DNA of 15,128 nt from an uncultured archaeon. GTDB taxonomy: Archaea; Aenigmatarchaeota; Aenigmatarchaeia; CG10238-14. The stretch spans positions 1 to 15,128 of the forward strand of contig CAYMPD010000024.1 in the NCBI GenBank assembly GCA_964392445.1. Direction: 5' to 3'. A program made the translations under genes and the position numbers. Below, one piece after another: positions 1-8,061 of this stretch; within the stretch, counting starts at the first letter, position 1, and the number at the start of each line of letters is the position of its first letter. The notes beneath the pieces are model-generated. The model was given only the letters and a program-made list of their open reading frames with translations. It made no database searches and was not told the DNA's origin.

Positions 1-668
1 AGTTCCACAGAACTAACTTTCATCCAACCACTACTAGTCTTATCATCCCAAATAACTTCAGAATCAATAATCTCGAGTTTTTTCTTAAAAATAGGACCAT
101 TCAAGCAAAGAGTTTCAAATTCTCCACCTTCTCCGATCAGGTTAATTTTGTATTTTTTGTTTAGTTCAATCAGTTCTTCTAATGATTCACTAGTAAGTTT
201 TCTTCCCAACCAACTTTTATCTAAACCCATCGAATAAACCCCAATAAATCTCACATCGAATCCGAACTCGATTGTGTCGCGCATAAATTTCTCAGGGTCA
301 GTTCCCCAAAAAGGAGCAAGTAAATTTAACCCCAATTCCTTACAAACTCTTTCTATTCGGGATTTTTGATAATTACTTGCTATTCCTCCACATGCTACTG
401 TGTCGATATCTAATCCCTCTAGAGCTAATTTTAGGTCATCCACTTCCTTTTCTTTTATTCCTGATGACTTCATTTTGATTAATTCTATTTCTATTGCTTC
501 TGCTAGTTCATCGACCAAGTGAATGTTCGGGTAATGAAACATCCAGGAATCTTCTCTTTCGGGTATTATTGAAACTAGATACTTGACGTTGTAACCATTT
601 TCCAGGCACCAGTGAACTGTTCTTGTCGAATCTTTTCCTCCTGAGAATAGTACTGCTATACTTGACAT
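1..668 (-). CDS. dph6: Diphthine--ammonia ligase (Dph6/DUF71 family PP-loop ATPase), 3' end runs off the window
   Basis: Not in the ORF track; translated by hand from ATG at 668: MSSIAVLFSGGKDSTRTVHW...SWMFHYPN...VACGGIASNYQKSRIERVC...APFWG...INLIGEGGEFETLCLNGPIFKKK. It has the PP-loop SGGKDS, MFH and GEGGEFET motifs of this family. The frame stays open to position 1. Confidence 0.9.
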   Translation of the reverse strand, partial: MSSIAVLFSGGKDSTRTVHWCLENGYNVKYLVSIIPEREDSWMFHYPNIHLVDELAEAIEIELIKMKSSGIKEKEVDDLKLALEGLDIDTVACGGIASNYQKSRIERVCKELGLNLLAPFWGTDPEKFMRDTIEFGFDVRFIGVYSMGLDKSWLGRKLTSESLEELIELNKKYKINLIGEGGEFETLCLNGPIFKKKLEIIDSEVIWDDKTSSGWMKVSSVE

Positions 669-699
669 AACTCATATTAAGAAGAGAATTTTAATAAGT

Positions 700-960
700 T
701 TAATCTTCAACTTCAACTTCCTTGGTAATAGCTTGACCAGGAAGATTTCTTTGAAACTTAGCTCTTACAACACCCTTTCCGCCATGAGGAGCAGTTATTT
801 CACCTTCAATTTCCTTTCCGCCAGGCGTTTTCCAAACCAGTTTTTTTCCAACCATTTTCTCAGCTTTCTCTTTGCTGTCAAGCCCTTCTACCTCCACTAA
901 CATCTGGTTAACATTCTGAGTATGTCTCCCTCTTCTGTAGCTGAGAATTTTACCTTTCAT
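700..960 (-). CDS. rpl35ae: 50S ribosomal protein L35Ae
   Basis: MKGKILSYRRGRHTQNVNQMLVEVEG...GKKLVWKTPGGKEIEGEITAPHGGKGVVRAKFQRNLPGQAI matches the L35Ae pattern. ATG at 960 is preferred over the ORF-track TTG at 969. Confidence 0.93.
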   Translation of the reverse strand: MKGKILSYRRGRHTQNVNQMLVEVEGLDSKEKAEKMVGKKLVWKTPGGKEIEGEITAPHGGKGVVRAKFQRNLPGQAITKEVEVED

Positions 961-984
961 AACTATCAACTATGTAAGATTAGG

Positions 985-992
985 TTTTTAAA
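985..992 (-). promoter_or_regulatory. Putative archaeal TATA box for rpl35ae(-dph6)
   Basis: TTTAAAAA on the minus strand, 25-32 nt upstream of the ATG at 960. Confidence 0.5.
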
Positions 993-1001
993 GATATTGG
1001 T

Positions 1002-1400
1002 TTACCAGTTTTTTAATTTAATCTTGTTTGTTTTGCAGAATTTTGTGTAGTCGCTATCTTTACTCAGTATGGCTTTACATTCCATCTCCTTAGCGGTAGC
1101 AGCTATTATCGAATCTACTGTGTGTATATTAAATGTGTAACTTATTTTACCAGCCTCCAGTACCAATTCTTTTGTTGTCTGTGAAATCTGGATTTTTTCA
1201 TTTTTTTCTAAATTATCGATAAACTCAAATATTTTCTTCATCTTGCCCCTTTTAAGCATTTTTCTTGTCAATTCAACAAATGTTATAGAAGGAATAATTA
1301 GACGTGTTTTTCCATCAACAGTTTCCTTTATTACTCTCTCAGCTTTTTTATTCTTCTTTGATAACTGAATGAGGAACCAAGTATCTACACAATACTTCAT
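1002..1400 (-). CDS. vapC: PIN-domain ribonuclease toxin (VapC family)
   Basis: 132 aa with the PIN acidic set: VDT (D6), TFVE (E43), HTVDSIIAATA (D96), SKDSDY (D115). ATGA overlap with the upstream AbrB-type gene. Confidence 0.88.
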   Translation of the reverse strand: MKYCVDTWFLIQLSKKNKKAERVIKETVDGKTRLIIPSITFVELTRKMLKRGKMKKIFEFIDNLEKNEKIQISQTTKELVLEAGKISYTFNIHTVDSIIAATAKEMECKAILSKDSDYTKFCKTNKIKLKNW

Positions 1401-1648
1401 CTGTCAGCCTCGCGTCTTTCTCTTTTAATCTCTTCCCAATCCTCGTCAGTTAATCCAAGTTTAGCGGCAGAATTCATTATATCCTCAACAACATTAGATT
1501 CTTGTTCTACTTTATCAACAAATATCATGCTTGGGACATAGCTAACCTTAACAAAGTCATTTGGTTTGATATCTTCTAATTTTCTCATTTTTGCAGGTAT
1601 TGTTATTTGACCTTTGGCATTAACCTTCACTATTTGATCGTCTATCAT
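1397..1648 (-). CDS. vapB: AbrB/MazE/SpoVT-family DNA-binding antitoxin (VapB)
   Basis: KVNAKGQITIPAKMRKLEDIKPNDFV is the AbrB swapped-hairpin signature, followed by an acidic C-terminus. Translationally coupled to the PIN gene. Confidence 0.85.
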   Translation of the reverse strand: MIDDQIVKVNAKGQITIPAKMRKLEDIKPNDFVKVSYVPSMIFVDKVEQESNVVEDIMNSAAKLGLTDEDWEEIKRERREADR

Positions 1649-1669
1649 GAGGAATATAATTGATTTAAT

Positions 1670-1677
1670 AGTTTAAA
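1670..1677 (-). promoter_or_regulatory. Putative TATA box for vapBC
   Basis: TTTAAACT on the minus strand, 22-29 nt upstream of the ATG at 1648. The region is AT-rich, so specificity is limited. Confidence 0.4.
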
Positions 1678-1803
1678 TATCTTACTACTTTATTACATTC
1701 ATACATTATTACTAGATTTAATAAAAAAAGATATTATAGCTCATTAGGAAATTCTAAATGGCTAAGGAACATTTAATAATAAAGGTTATTTAGTATTTAA
1801 CTA

Positions 1804-2928
1804 TCACTTCTTCTCCAAAATCCTTGAAAGGTCTCTAATCATTGTCCTAACATATTCCCTCATCTGATAAACATCTCTTTCAGGAATCTTGTCAAGTCTT
1901 CCTTTATCGGACAAGTTCTTCATCACATCCACTTTTTTCCAAACATCCCAGTAATAAGGTTTGATTAGTTTATTGTCCAAAAATTGTTTTCTAAATATTT
2001 CAGGTACTTCCTCATCCTTCTTGGGTAATTTATCAACCGATTTCAACGCAGCAGTTGCAGCCTTTCTCATGACACTGTAAGTTCTCTCCAAAACCTTCTC
2101 TTTCTTCTTTTGTTCTAATGCTGTTAATAAATCATACATTCTGTCAATAAACCTATCCGCGGTTTCAATCCACTGATCAACATATTCTCCTTTTACATCC
2201 ATAATTTCCTTGTGCTCAATCTTCTTCCTAATTTCAATTATCTCTTTTAGTTGTTGAGCATATTCTGGTTCAAGTAATCCTGGTTCAACCAAATACTTTT
2301 TCACAGCATCATAAGCCTTATTAGGAACAGGTGGTTCAACTCCCATAAACATCAAAGCAGCCTGAGCAGAATTAAGCATAGCATAAAAACAATCCTCTGC
2401 AAGCATCAGTAATTTGACGGTCTTCGCCCTCATCAGTTTTTTTGGTGCACCTTCAATGTAAGACTCTATTGCCTCCCTTGTCATTGGTATTCGTCCCTTT
2501 CTTAACAATCTCTGGAATGGTGTAAAGAATCCTGCATCAAACACGGCATGACCCTCTTTGATAAAATTGTAAATGATTGGATGACCTATTCTTGCATAAT
2601 CCATGAACTCTGTTAAAGTGTAAAGTGGTTGGAATGACAAATTGGGGGATATCTTCTTTGCCATTTTTAGAATATCACTGTCCATCTTCCTTTTCGCATT
2701 CAATGACATTGGTTTTTCAGTATCATCAGCAACTATGAATATGTCTATGTCGGACTTAGGTTTAAAATCCTCTCTAACAACCGATCCCATAACAACAATA
2801 CATTTGATTTTGTCTTCGTATTTTTCCAAAACTTTTTTCTTGAACTTGTTAACTCTATCCATTCTTTCTTTTTTCGTCTTTAATTCTTCGAATTTCTTTT
2901 TTTTCTTTTGCCCCCTCTTTCTTTTCAT
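1804..2928 (-). CDS. Pol-beta-superfamily minimal nucleotidyltransferase fused to a HEPN domain plus a second degenerate HEPN-like repeat
   Basis: MGSVVREDFKPKSDIDIFIVADD (GS...DxD). HEPN region CFYAMLNSAQAAL...EIRKKIEH carries an intact R-x4-H. The C-terminal ~100 aa aligns without gaps to the first HEPN. Confidence 0.8.
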   Translation of the reverse strand: MKRKRGQKKKKKFEELKTKKERMDRVNKFKKKVLEKYEDKIKCIVVMGSVVREDFKPKSDIDIFIVADDTEKPMSLNAKRKMDSDILKMAKKISPNLSFQPLYTLTEFMDYARIGHPIIYNFIKEGHAVFDAGFFTPFQRLLRKGRIPMTREAIESYIEGAPKKLMRAKTVKLLMLAEDCFYAMLNSAQAALMFMGVEPPVPNKAYDAVKKYLVEPGLLEPEYAQQLKEIIEIRKKIEHKEIMDVKGEYVDQWIETADRFIDRMYDLLTALEQKKKEKVLERTYSVMRKAATAALKSVDKLPKKDEEVPEIFRKQFLDNKLIKPYYWDVWKKVDVMKNLSDKGRLDKIPERDVYQMREYVRTMIRDLSRILEKK

Positions 2929-3848
2929 TTAAGTTTGCCTCCTAATTTTCTCTTAGGTAATTCCACTTCTCGTAAATCTTCTGGTAACAACTTCTTCAGT
3001 CTTTCAATTATATCTCTGGAAACTCCGTCTGCTTTTTTCACATAATCAGGATTAGATTTTTTTACTCTCTTATGGTCCAAATCCTTCCATAGTTTATTCA
3101 AATCCTTATACTTTTGAATGTATTCTTTTTCGAGTCCGTGTTCTTTAACTAATTTTTCAAGAAATTCAATCATTCTTTTATGATCAGGCATTTCCTTGTA
3201 ATGATGCATTATCACGGCTTGACAAATATCTGTTGCAGCATATCTTAAATCAAACACATCCGCTTTCCAAGAAGCTTCTACACGCTTTACTAATGCATCG
3301 CATGATTTCACTTTCAAACTTACAGTCTCCTCACTTGGTGGAAATAAACCCATCTTCAACATCCTCTGAACAGGTTTAACAAACCCAGTGTCATAGATAA
3401 CTAATCCGTCTCTGAGAAAATTGAACAATTCAGGTGATCCGGTCTTCATCCAGTTCCAGAATTCGGTTAGACCATTCATCTGAACATGAATGTCCTTCAT
3501 GTCTTTGCCGATTAATTGTAATTGAGCCTTCATCTTGAGTATGTCTTGCGTTCCTTTGGTTGCTGTGTCATCTACCACTACCCAAACATCAATGTCAGAA
3601 GTTTTCTTGGCTTCGTTCCTTGCGGCTGAACCGAAGATTAACACTGATTTAACTATGTCACCATACATTTTTTTGATTTTTCTTGTGAATTGAACTACTC
3701 TGGAATAATTGACGTTAGACTCGGGTTTAGGTTCTGGCTTTCCAGATTCTTTTTCTACCTTCTTTTCACTTTTTTCCTTCGTTTTGAATTCCTTTTCAAG
3801 AAACAGTGGTTTTTCTAATTCCTTTTCAAAATCAAATTCAAATGCCAT
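2925..3848 (-). CDS. Paralogous nucleotidyltransferase-HEPN fusion with altered HEPN motif
   Basis: FGSAARNEAKKTSDIDVWVVVDD (GS...DxD). TEFWNWMKTGSPELFNFLRDGLVIYDTGFVKP is paralogous to TEFMDYARIGHPIIYNFIKEGHAVFDAGFFTP. The HEPN motif reads W-KDLD-H. ATGA overlap with the downstream paralogue; AAGGTG RBS. Confidence 0.78.
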   Translation of the reverse strand: MAFEFDFEKELEKPLFLEKEFKTKEKSEKKVEKESGKPEPKPESNVNYSRVVQFTRKIKKMYGDIVKSVLIFGSAARNEAKKTSDIDVWVVVDDTATKGTQDILKMKAQLQLIGKDMKDIHVQMNGLTEFWNWMKTGSPELFNFLRDGLVIYDTGFVKPVQRMLKMGLFPPSEETVSLKVKSCDALVKRVEASWKADVFDLRYAATDICQAVIMHHYKEMPDHKRMIEFLEKLVKEHGLEKEYIQKYKDLNKLWKDLDHKRVKKSNPDYVKKADGVSRDIIERLKKLLPEDLREVELPKRKLGGKLK

Positions 3849-3891
3849 GCATACACCTTAGTTTTTCCTAAATATAATAGTTATTGGTTGT

Positions 3892-6093
3892 TTATCTTAA
3901 CTCTTCCTTCTTCCACTCTTCAGGTCTTTTACCGGCTTTGAGTGCTGCTGAACCTAACAAAGTATATTCCTCTTCTGGGAATTTCAGTAGTCCTTTGATT
4001 GGGTCAAATGTATGTTCGAAGATTATTGCTCTTTGTCTGGCTTCGTATTTCGGATGTGGTATCTCAAAGAACCATGCAGGTAATTTACTGGGTTCAACAC
4101 CTTGTTCAAGTAATTTTTTCATATCCTTCAACGCTTTTACACTTCCTTTATATGGATCTTTAAATCCTCCTCTTTCAAAGATTAAATATGTTTTGATTTT
4201 TCTTCCTAAACCAGCTCTTTTCAATTCCCAAAGTAATCTGTAAACAAGTTCTCTGTCTTCTGGCCCGAGGGGTTTGTGTGAATGCAATGGAGTTGGGACT
4301 CCCGCATGAACAGCTTTTACAATTTCCGCATAATCCTTTGTCATTTCATTATCTACCATCTCTGTTAACTCTTCTAATGGATCTACACCTTGAGTTGCTA
4401 AATGTTCGAAGTCTACTAACATGAATATTTTATCCCAATGATGATAAGATTCTGGGTGATCTTCATCTCCATTTTTAAGACTTTCTCTGATATTTTTTAT
4501 CGCTAAATATATCTGTTTAGGTCTCCATAATAAGAATCTACCTCCTTGACTTGGATCCCGTGCATCAGGATTTTCTATTGCTATTGCGAGCTGTTTTGCA
4601 TTTTCAATTAATCCATCTTGTTGTTCTTTTATTCTTTCTTTGTTTGGTTCTGTTAATTCAACTTCTTTTTTAAGTATATCAGGCAATTCTTCTTCCATCC
4701 ATCTAATAGCTCTTTCCGTGTGTCCTTGGAGGAACTTAATTGCCACTACTCCATAATAGAATTCTTTGAATGTTCTAACTAGTTCTTTATCTTTTTCTTG
4801 TTCTATACCTATAACAGTTTTTTCTAACCAATTCATTCTTTCAGCGTTAGGAAGCCCTTCTTTTTTTTCATCATAATCAACGTACCCGAGTATCTCTAAT
4901 TCATCCCGATATAATTGAACCATTTGGTCCCATATTGGGTACTTGTGCTTGTTTATATAGAGTTCATGAGCAAGGATGTAATAAGCCATTTCTAGGGTTG
5001 CTCCGGTTCTTTCCTTTTCAAACCAATCACCTGTATCGACTAGTTTTTCCTTGACTAATCTTTTGATGGTCCTTTCCCTTTCTTTTTCGATTTTCTCACG
5101 TATTATTGTGTCTGTGTCTGGACCAAAAACTGCCATTCGAGTTAATTCACCTATTTTGGAATGGTATGGAAGTCTTTTTATATCAGTTAAATACTCATTA
5201 AAATTATCATTAAAAATTTCAGTTTTTTCAATTAAATTCTCATCTTCTAATGTATCGTTCAAATATTTTCCATAATCTTCATTAGATTCATCACTTCCTT
5301 GATCTCTTATAAATCCTTTTTTTTTGAACTCTTCTATTATTGTTTGTTTTATGTCTAAACTACGAGAAACTAAATTCATAAAATTTTTTAATCTCTGCTT
5401 TTTAATATTAGCTTTACTCTGTTCTATAATATCATCCATTTTATTATCCATCGCAGTTTCTAATTGTAAATTAAGCTCAGGGCCAACTATAACACCACCA
5501 AAAGCACTCCAGAATCTATATCTACTATCATGAGCAAACCATTTAGCAAGTTTTGGATTATTTTTGAATATCTCTCCAATAAAATTTCCATCCCAATCAG
5601 ACATGATTATATGTAATCTAGAACCAGCATAAGTAAACAATTCTAACCACTCACGAAGACAAGAGTGAAAATCAATATACTTAGCACCAGCATGAACAGC
5701 TGACTTTAAAGATTTCTGCATATGCTCCTGTGCACTACTCCATTCAATTAATTCCGGAATACCCATTGCAACAGATAAAGAACCATGAGAAGTAATTTCC
5801 ACACCTTGTTTTTCAGCGATATGCCTTAATTCTTTTCCTTGAGTATAATTAACCTCATGAGGCACATCTGAAGCAAGCTCAAGACAAGCCGCACCACGGG
5901 TTAAAGTATAAGATAGTTTTCCAATTATATCAGCCAATTCCTCTGATCTTGCAGCATGGTATATTCCACTGGTAGTTCCTACTTTGAATTTCAGGCCTTC
6001 ACTGTTTTTTTTAATCTTAACTTTAGGTGTTTCTATGGATTTTTGTACTTTTTTCAAATCCAACTTCTCTTTCAGGTTTTCTAAAAATCCCAT
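3892..6093 (-). CDS. Endonuclease IV / xylose isomerase-like TIM-barrel metalloprotein with a large internal insertion
   Basis: Ordered ligand motifs SHG (H103), DFH (H143), IEN (E507), DFEH (D561/H564), VHA (H596), HSH (H604/H606), FER (E640) follow the AP-endonuclease-2 TIM-barrel pattern. Starts 3 nt after the upstream stop, with an overlapping GGTG RBS. Confidence 0.7.
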   Translation of the reverse strand: MGFLENLKEKLDLKKVQKSIETPKVKIKKNSEGLKFKVGTTSGIYHAARSEELADIIGKLSYTLTRGAACLELASDVPHEVNYTQGKELRHIAEKQGVEITSHGSLSVAMGIPELIEWSSAQEHMQKSLKSAVHAGAKYIDFHSCLREWLELFTYAGSRLHIIMSDWDGNFIGEIFKNNPKLAKWFAHDSRYRFWSAFGGVIVGPELNLQLETAMDNKMDDIIEQSKANIKKQRLKNFMNLVSRSLDIKQTIIEEFKKKGFIRDQGSDESNEDYGKYLNDTLEDENLIEKTEIFNDNFNEYLTDIKRLPYHSKIGELTRMAVFGPDTDTIIREKIEKERERTIKRLVKEKLVDTGDWFEKERTGATLEMAYYILAHELYINKHKYPIWDQMVQLYRDELEILGYVDYDEKKEGLPNAERMNWLEKTVIGIEQEKDKELVRTFKEFYYGVVAIKFLQGHTERAIRWMEEELPDILKKEVELTEPNKERIKEQQDGLIENAKQLAIAIENPDARDPSQGGRFLLWRPKQIYLAIKNIRESLKNGDEDHPESYHHWDKIFMLVDFEHLATQGVDPLEELTEMVDNEMTKDYAEIVKAVHAGVPTPLHSHKPLGPEDRELVYRLLWELKRAGLGRKIKTYLIFERGGFKDPYKGSVKALKDMKKLLEQGVEPSKLPAWFFEIPHPKYEARQRAIIFEHTFDPIKGLLKFPEEEYTLLGSAALKAGKRPEEWKKEELR

Positions 6094-6096
6094 AAA

Positions 6097-7977
6097 CTAT
6101 ACACCAGGAACTCCTGCTTTTCTCTTAAGGAAAGCATCTATTTCCAAGAAAGCAATACCAGGTCCTCTTTGCATTTGTCTTGCCATTCTTGAGTGCATTA
6201 GTTTTTCATAAGGTGTTTTGTAAGCGAACAATAAACCATCAAGTCCTAGTTTTCTTAGTACTTCTTTTGACTGGGTTTGTATTTTATTCATACTTTGTTT
6301 AAATGCTCCAGCCTTTTCTTTTAAGTCCTTTTTATCTTCATCTTTCATTTGTTTTTCTAACCATTTAGCACTCATCTCACCTTTATCAAAATCAAATTGA
6401 GGATATTCTTTTTTAAGTATCTCATCTATTTTAGTAGTCCTTCCCGGTGCGCCTAAATCTTCATAACCTAACATCATTGCTATCTCCCTCCTATCATTTT
6501 CCAATATCGCTTGCCTTTCTAAGAGATGTCCAATTATTATATTTTGTGTAGCATTAGCTGCCTGCATACCGTCAAACATCATATCTTCTAGCATTGTTCC
6601 ATTTGGTAGTTTTAACACGAGTTTAGTGACTGGTAACTTTACGAAGATATAATAAGGGCTCCACTCCCAACGTGGTCCTGCTCGGATAGCTTCTCCTGCT
6701 CCTCTGAGATAATCTCCTTCATAAGGTTCTGGACTTGAGAAATTTTTATGAAGATCTTCCACGTGTTTAACAACATCAACCACACTTAGTCTTACCCCAT
6801 GTTCAGCGTATATCATTTTCATTATATTTCTAACATGTCTATCCATAACAGGAACACCAGGCATTGGGGGAATACTACTGATCCCATTATCTTTAAGTAT
6901 ACTCCTCTCTTTTCTATTAAAACCAGCTTCTTTCAGTGTTATATCAGTCTCAATTCTAGGATATGGAAAGGGTTCTCCTTTAATAACAAATGGTTTCCAT
7001 GCCCATACTAATGTGTTATCTAGAGAAAGGGCTTGGGAATCCGGTCTCAACCAATGATGGGCCTGTTTTACCGCTTCTTCTGGCGTAGATCTCATTTCTT
7101 TTATGGACTTGTGTCTTGAGATTAAAGGAATTAAATCATCTCTAGTATCTTTTATTGAGAATTTCCTACCCATGGCCAATTGTTTCAGTCTTTTATACCT
7201 ACTAATAATGTTTGTTAAAAATCTTTCCTTCCAATCCAAGTAAAGTTCTTGTTTTGTTTTGAGAATTATTGCTTCTGCTCTAGGCACATCTAATCTCTCT
7301 TGTATATCATCAACATCAACATCATCATCAAACAAATCCATAAAATCGGAAATTATAGTTGGCCATCTTGGTGCTATACCCCTTAGACTTAAACCTTCAC
7401 CGGTGTGAGCATCTACCTGATCTATGAACATAGATTTGACAATATGTTGAGCCTCTCTATATTCATCTTTAGCCTTTTCAATTCCAACTTTTGTTTTTGT
7501 CTTTTTTGAATTTTCATATTTCTTTTTGGCTTTGGCAAGTTTTGCAAACCATGAAAGGTACTCAGAATATTTTCTTAAGTCATGATCTATAAGTTCAAAA
7601 TCTTGAACAGCTTGCATTAGAGATGCAAATCCATTCTTTATCTGATTATCTAACTGTTGTTTTTGTTCCATTACCAATGAATAATACTCCTTGTAAATCG
7701 GACTAACTTCTATATTATGGTTAACTTCATGAATATCATAACCCCATTTACCCAGTTGATATAGCAGGCTAATGTAGGCACCACTTCCAGCTCCCATTGG
7801 AAATTCCAAATCTAAATATTTCACACTTTCTAAAGGAGGTGCAAATATACCTTCTCCAGGGTACATGTTAAGATTTAAAGTTTCTTTAACCTTTTTGCCA
7901 GTTTCAGGGTCAACATACTCTATCTTTTCAGGTTTAGTACAACAAACTGGGCAAGGTCCTGCAGGGTATGGTATCAT
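6097..7977 (-). CDS. Uncharacterised ~626 aa protein (N-terminal CPVCC motif, predicted coiled-coil segment)
   Basis: Long uninterrupted ORF. ATG at 7977 (MIPYPAGPCPVCC) is preferred over the ORF-track start at 8034 because a TATA-like TTTATTAT lies 23-30 nt upstream (8000-8007). No family recognised. Confidence 0.8.
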   Translation of the reverse strand: MIPYPAGPCPVCCTKPEKIEYVDPETGKKVKETLNLNMYPGEGIFAPPLESVKYLDLEFPMGAGSGAYISLLYQLGKWGYDIHEVNHNIEVSPIYKEYYSLVMEQKQQLDNQIKNGFASLMQAVQDFELIDHDLRKYSEYLSWFAKLAKAKKKYENSKKTKTKVGIEKAKDEYREAQHIVKSMFIDQVDAHTGEGLSLRGIAPRWPTIISDFMDLFDDDVDVDDIQERLDVPRAEAIILKTKQELYLDWKERFLTNIISRYKRLKQLAMGRKFSIKDTRDDLIPLISRHKSIKEMRSTPEEAVKQAHHWLRPDSQALSLDNTLVWAWKPFVIKGEPFPYPRIETDITLKEAGFNRKERSILKDNGISSIPPMPGVPVMDRHVRNIMKMIYAEHGVRLSVVDVVKHVEDLHKNFSSPEPYEGDYLRGAGEAIRAGPRWEWSPYYIFVKLPVTKLVLKLPNGTMLEDMMFDGMQAANATQNIIIGHLLERQAILENDRREIAMMLGYEDLGAPGRTTKIDEILKKEYPQFDFDKGEMSAKWLEKQMKDEDKKDLKEKAGAFKQSMNKIQTQSKEVLRKLGLDGLLFAYKTPYEKLMHSRMARQMQRGPGIAFLEIDAFLKRKAGVPGV

Positions 7978-8061
7978 ATTATAATAATTTGATTTTGGGA
8001 TAATAAAAATTTGCGATACTATTTCGATAGACATTTAATCTTTAGTTTATAATCAAATTTT

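Noticed and set aside
1737-1764. Imperfect palindrome upstream of vapB as antitoxin operator or terminator
   Set aside because: Short arms with mismatches in very AT-rich DNA, about 60-90 nt upstream of the putative TATA box; not distinguishable from chance.
1804-3848. Cas13, Csx1/Csm6 or CBASS (CD-NTase) assignment for the NTase-HEPN genes
   Set aside because: The proteins are far too small for Cas13, no CARF domain is visible, and the NTase domains are minimal MNT-type with no recognisable Cap effectors.
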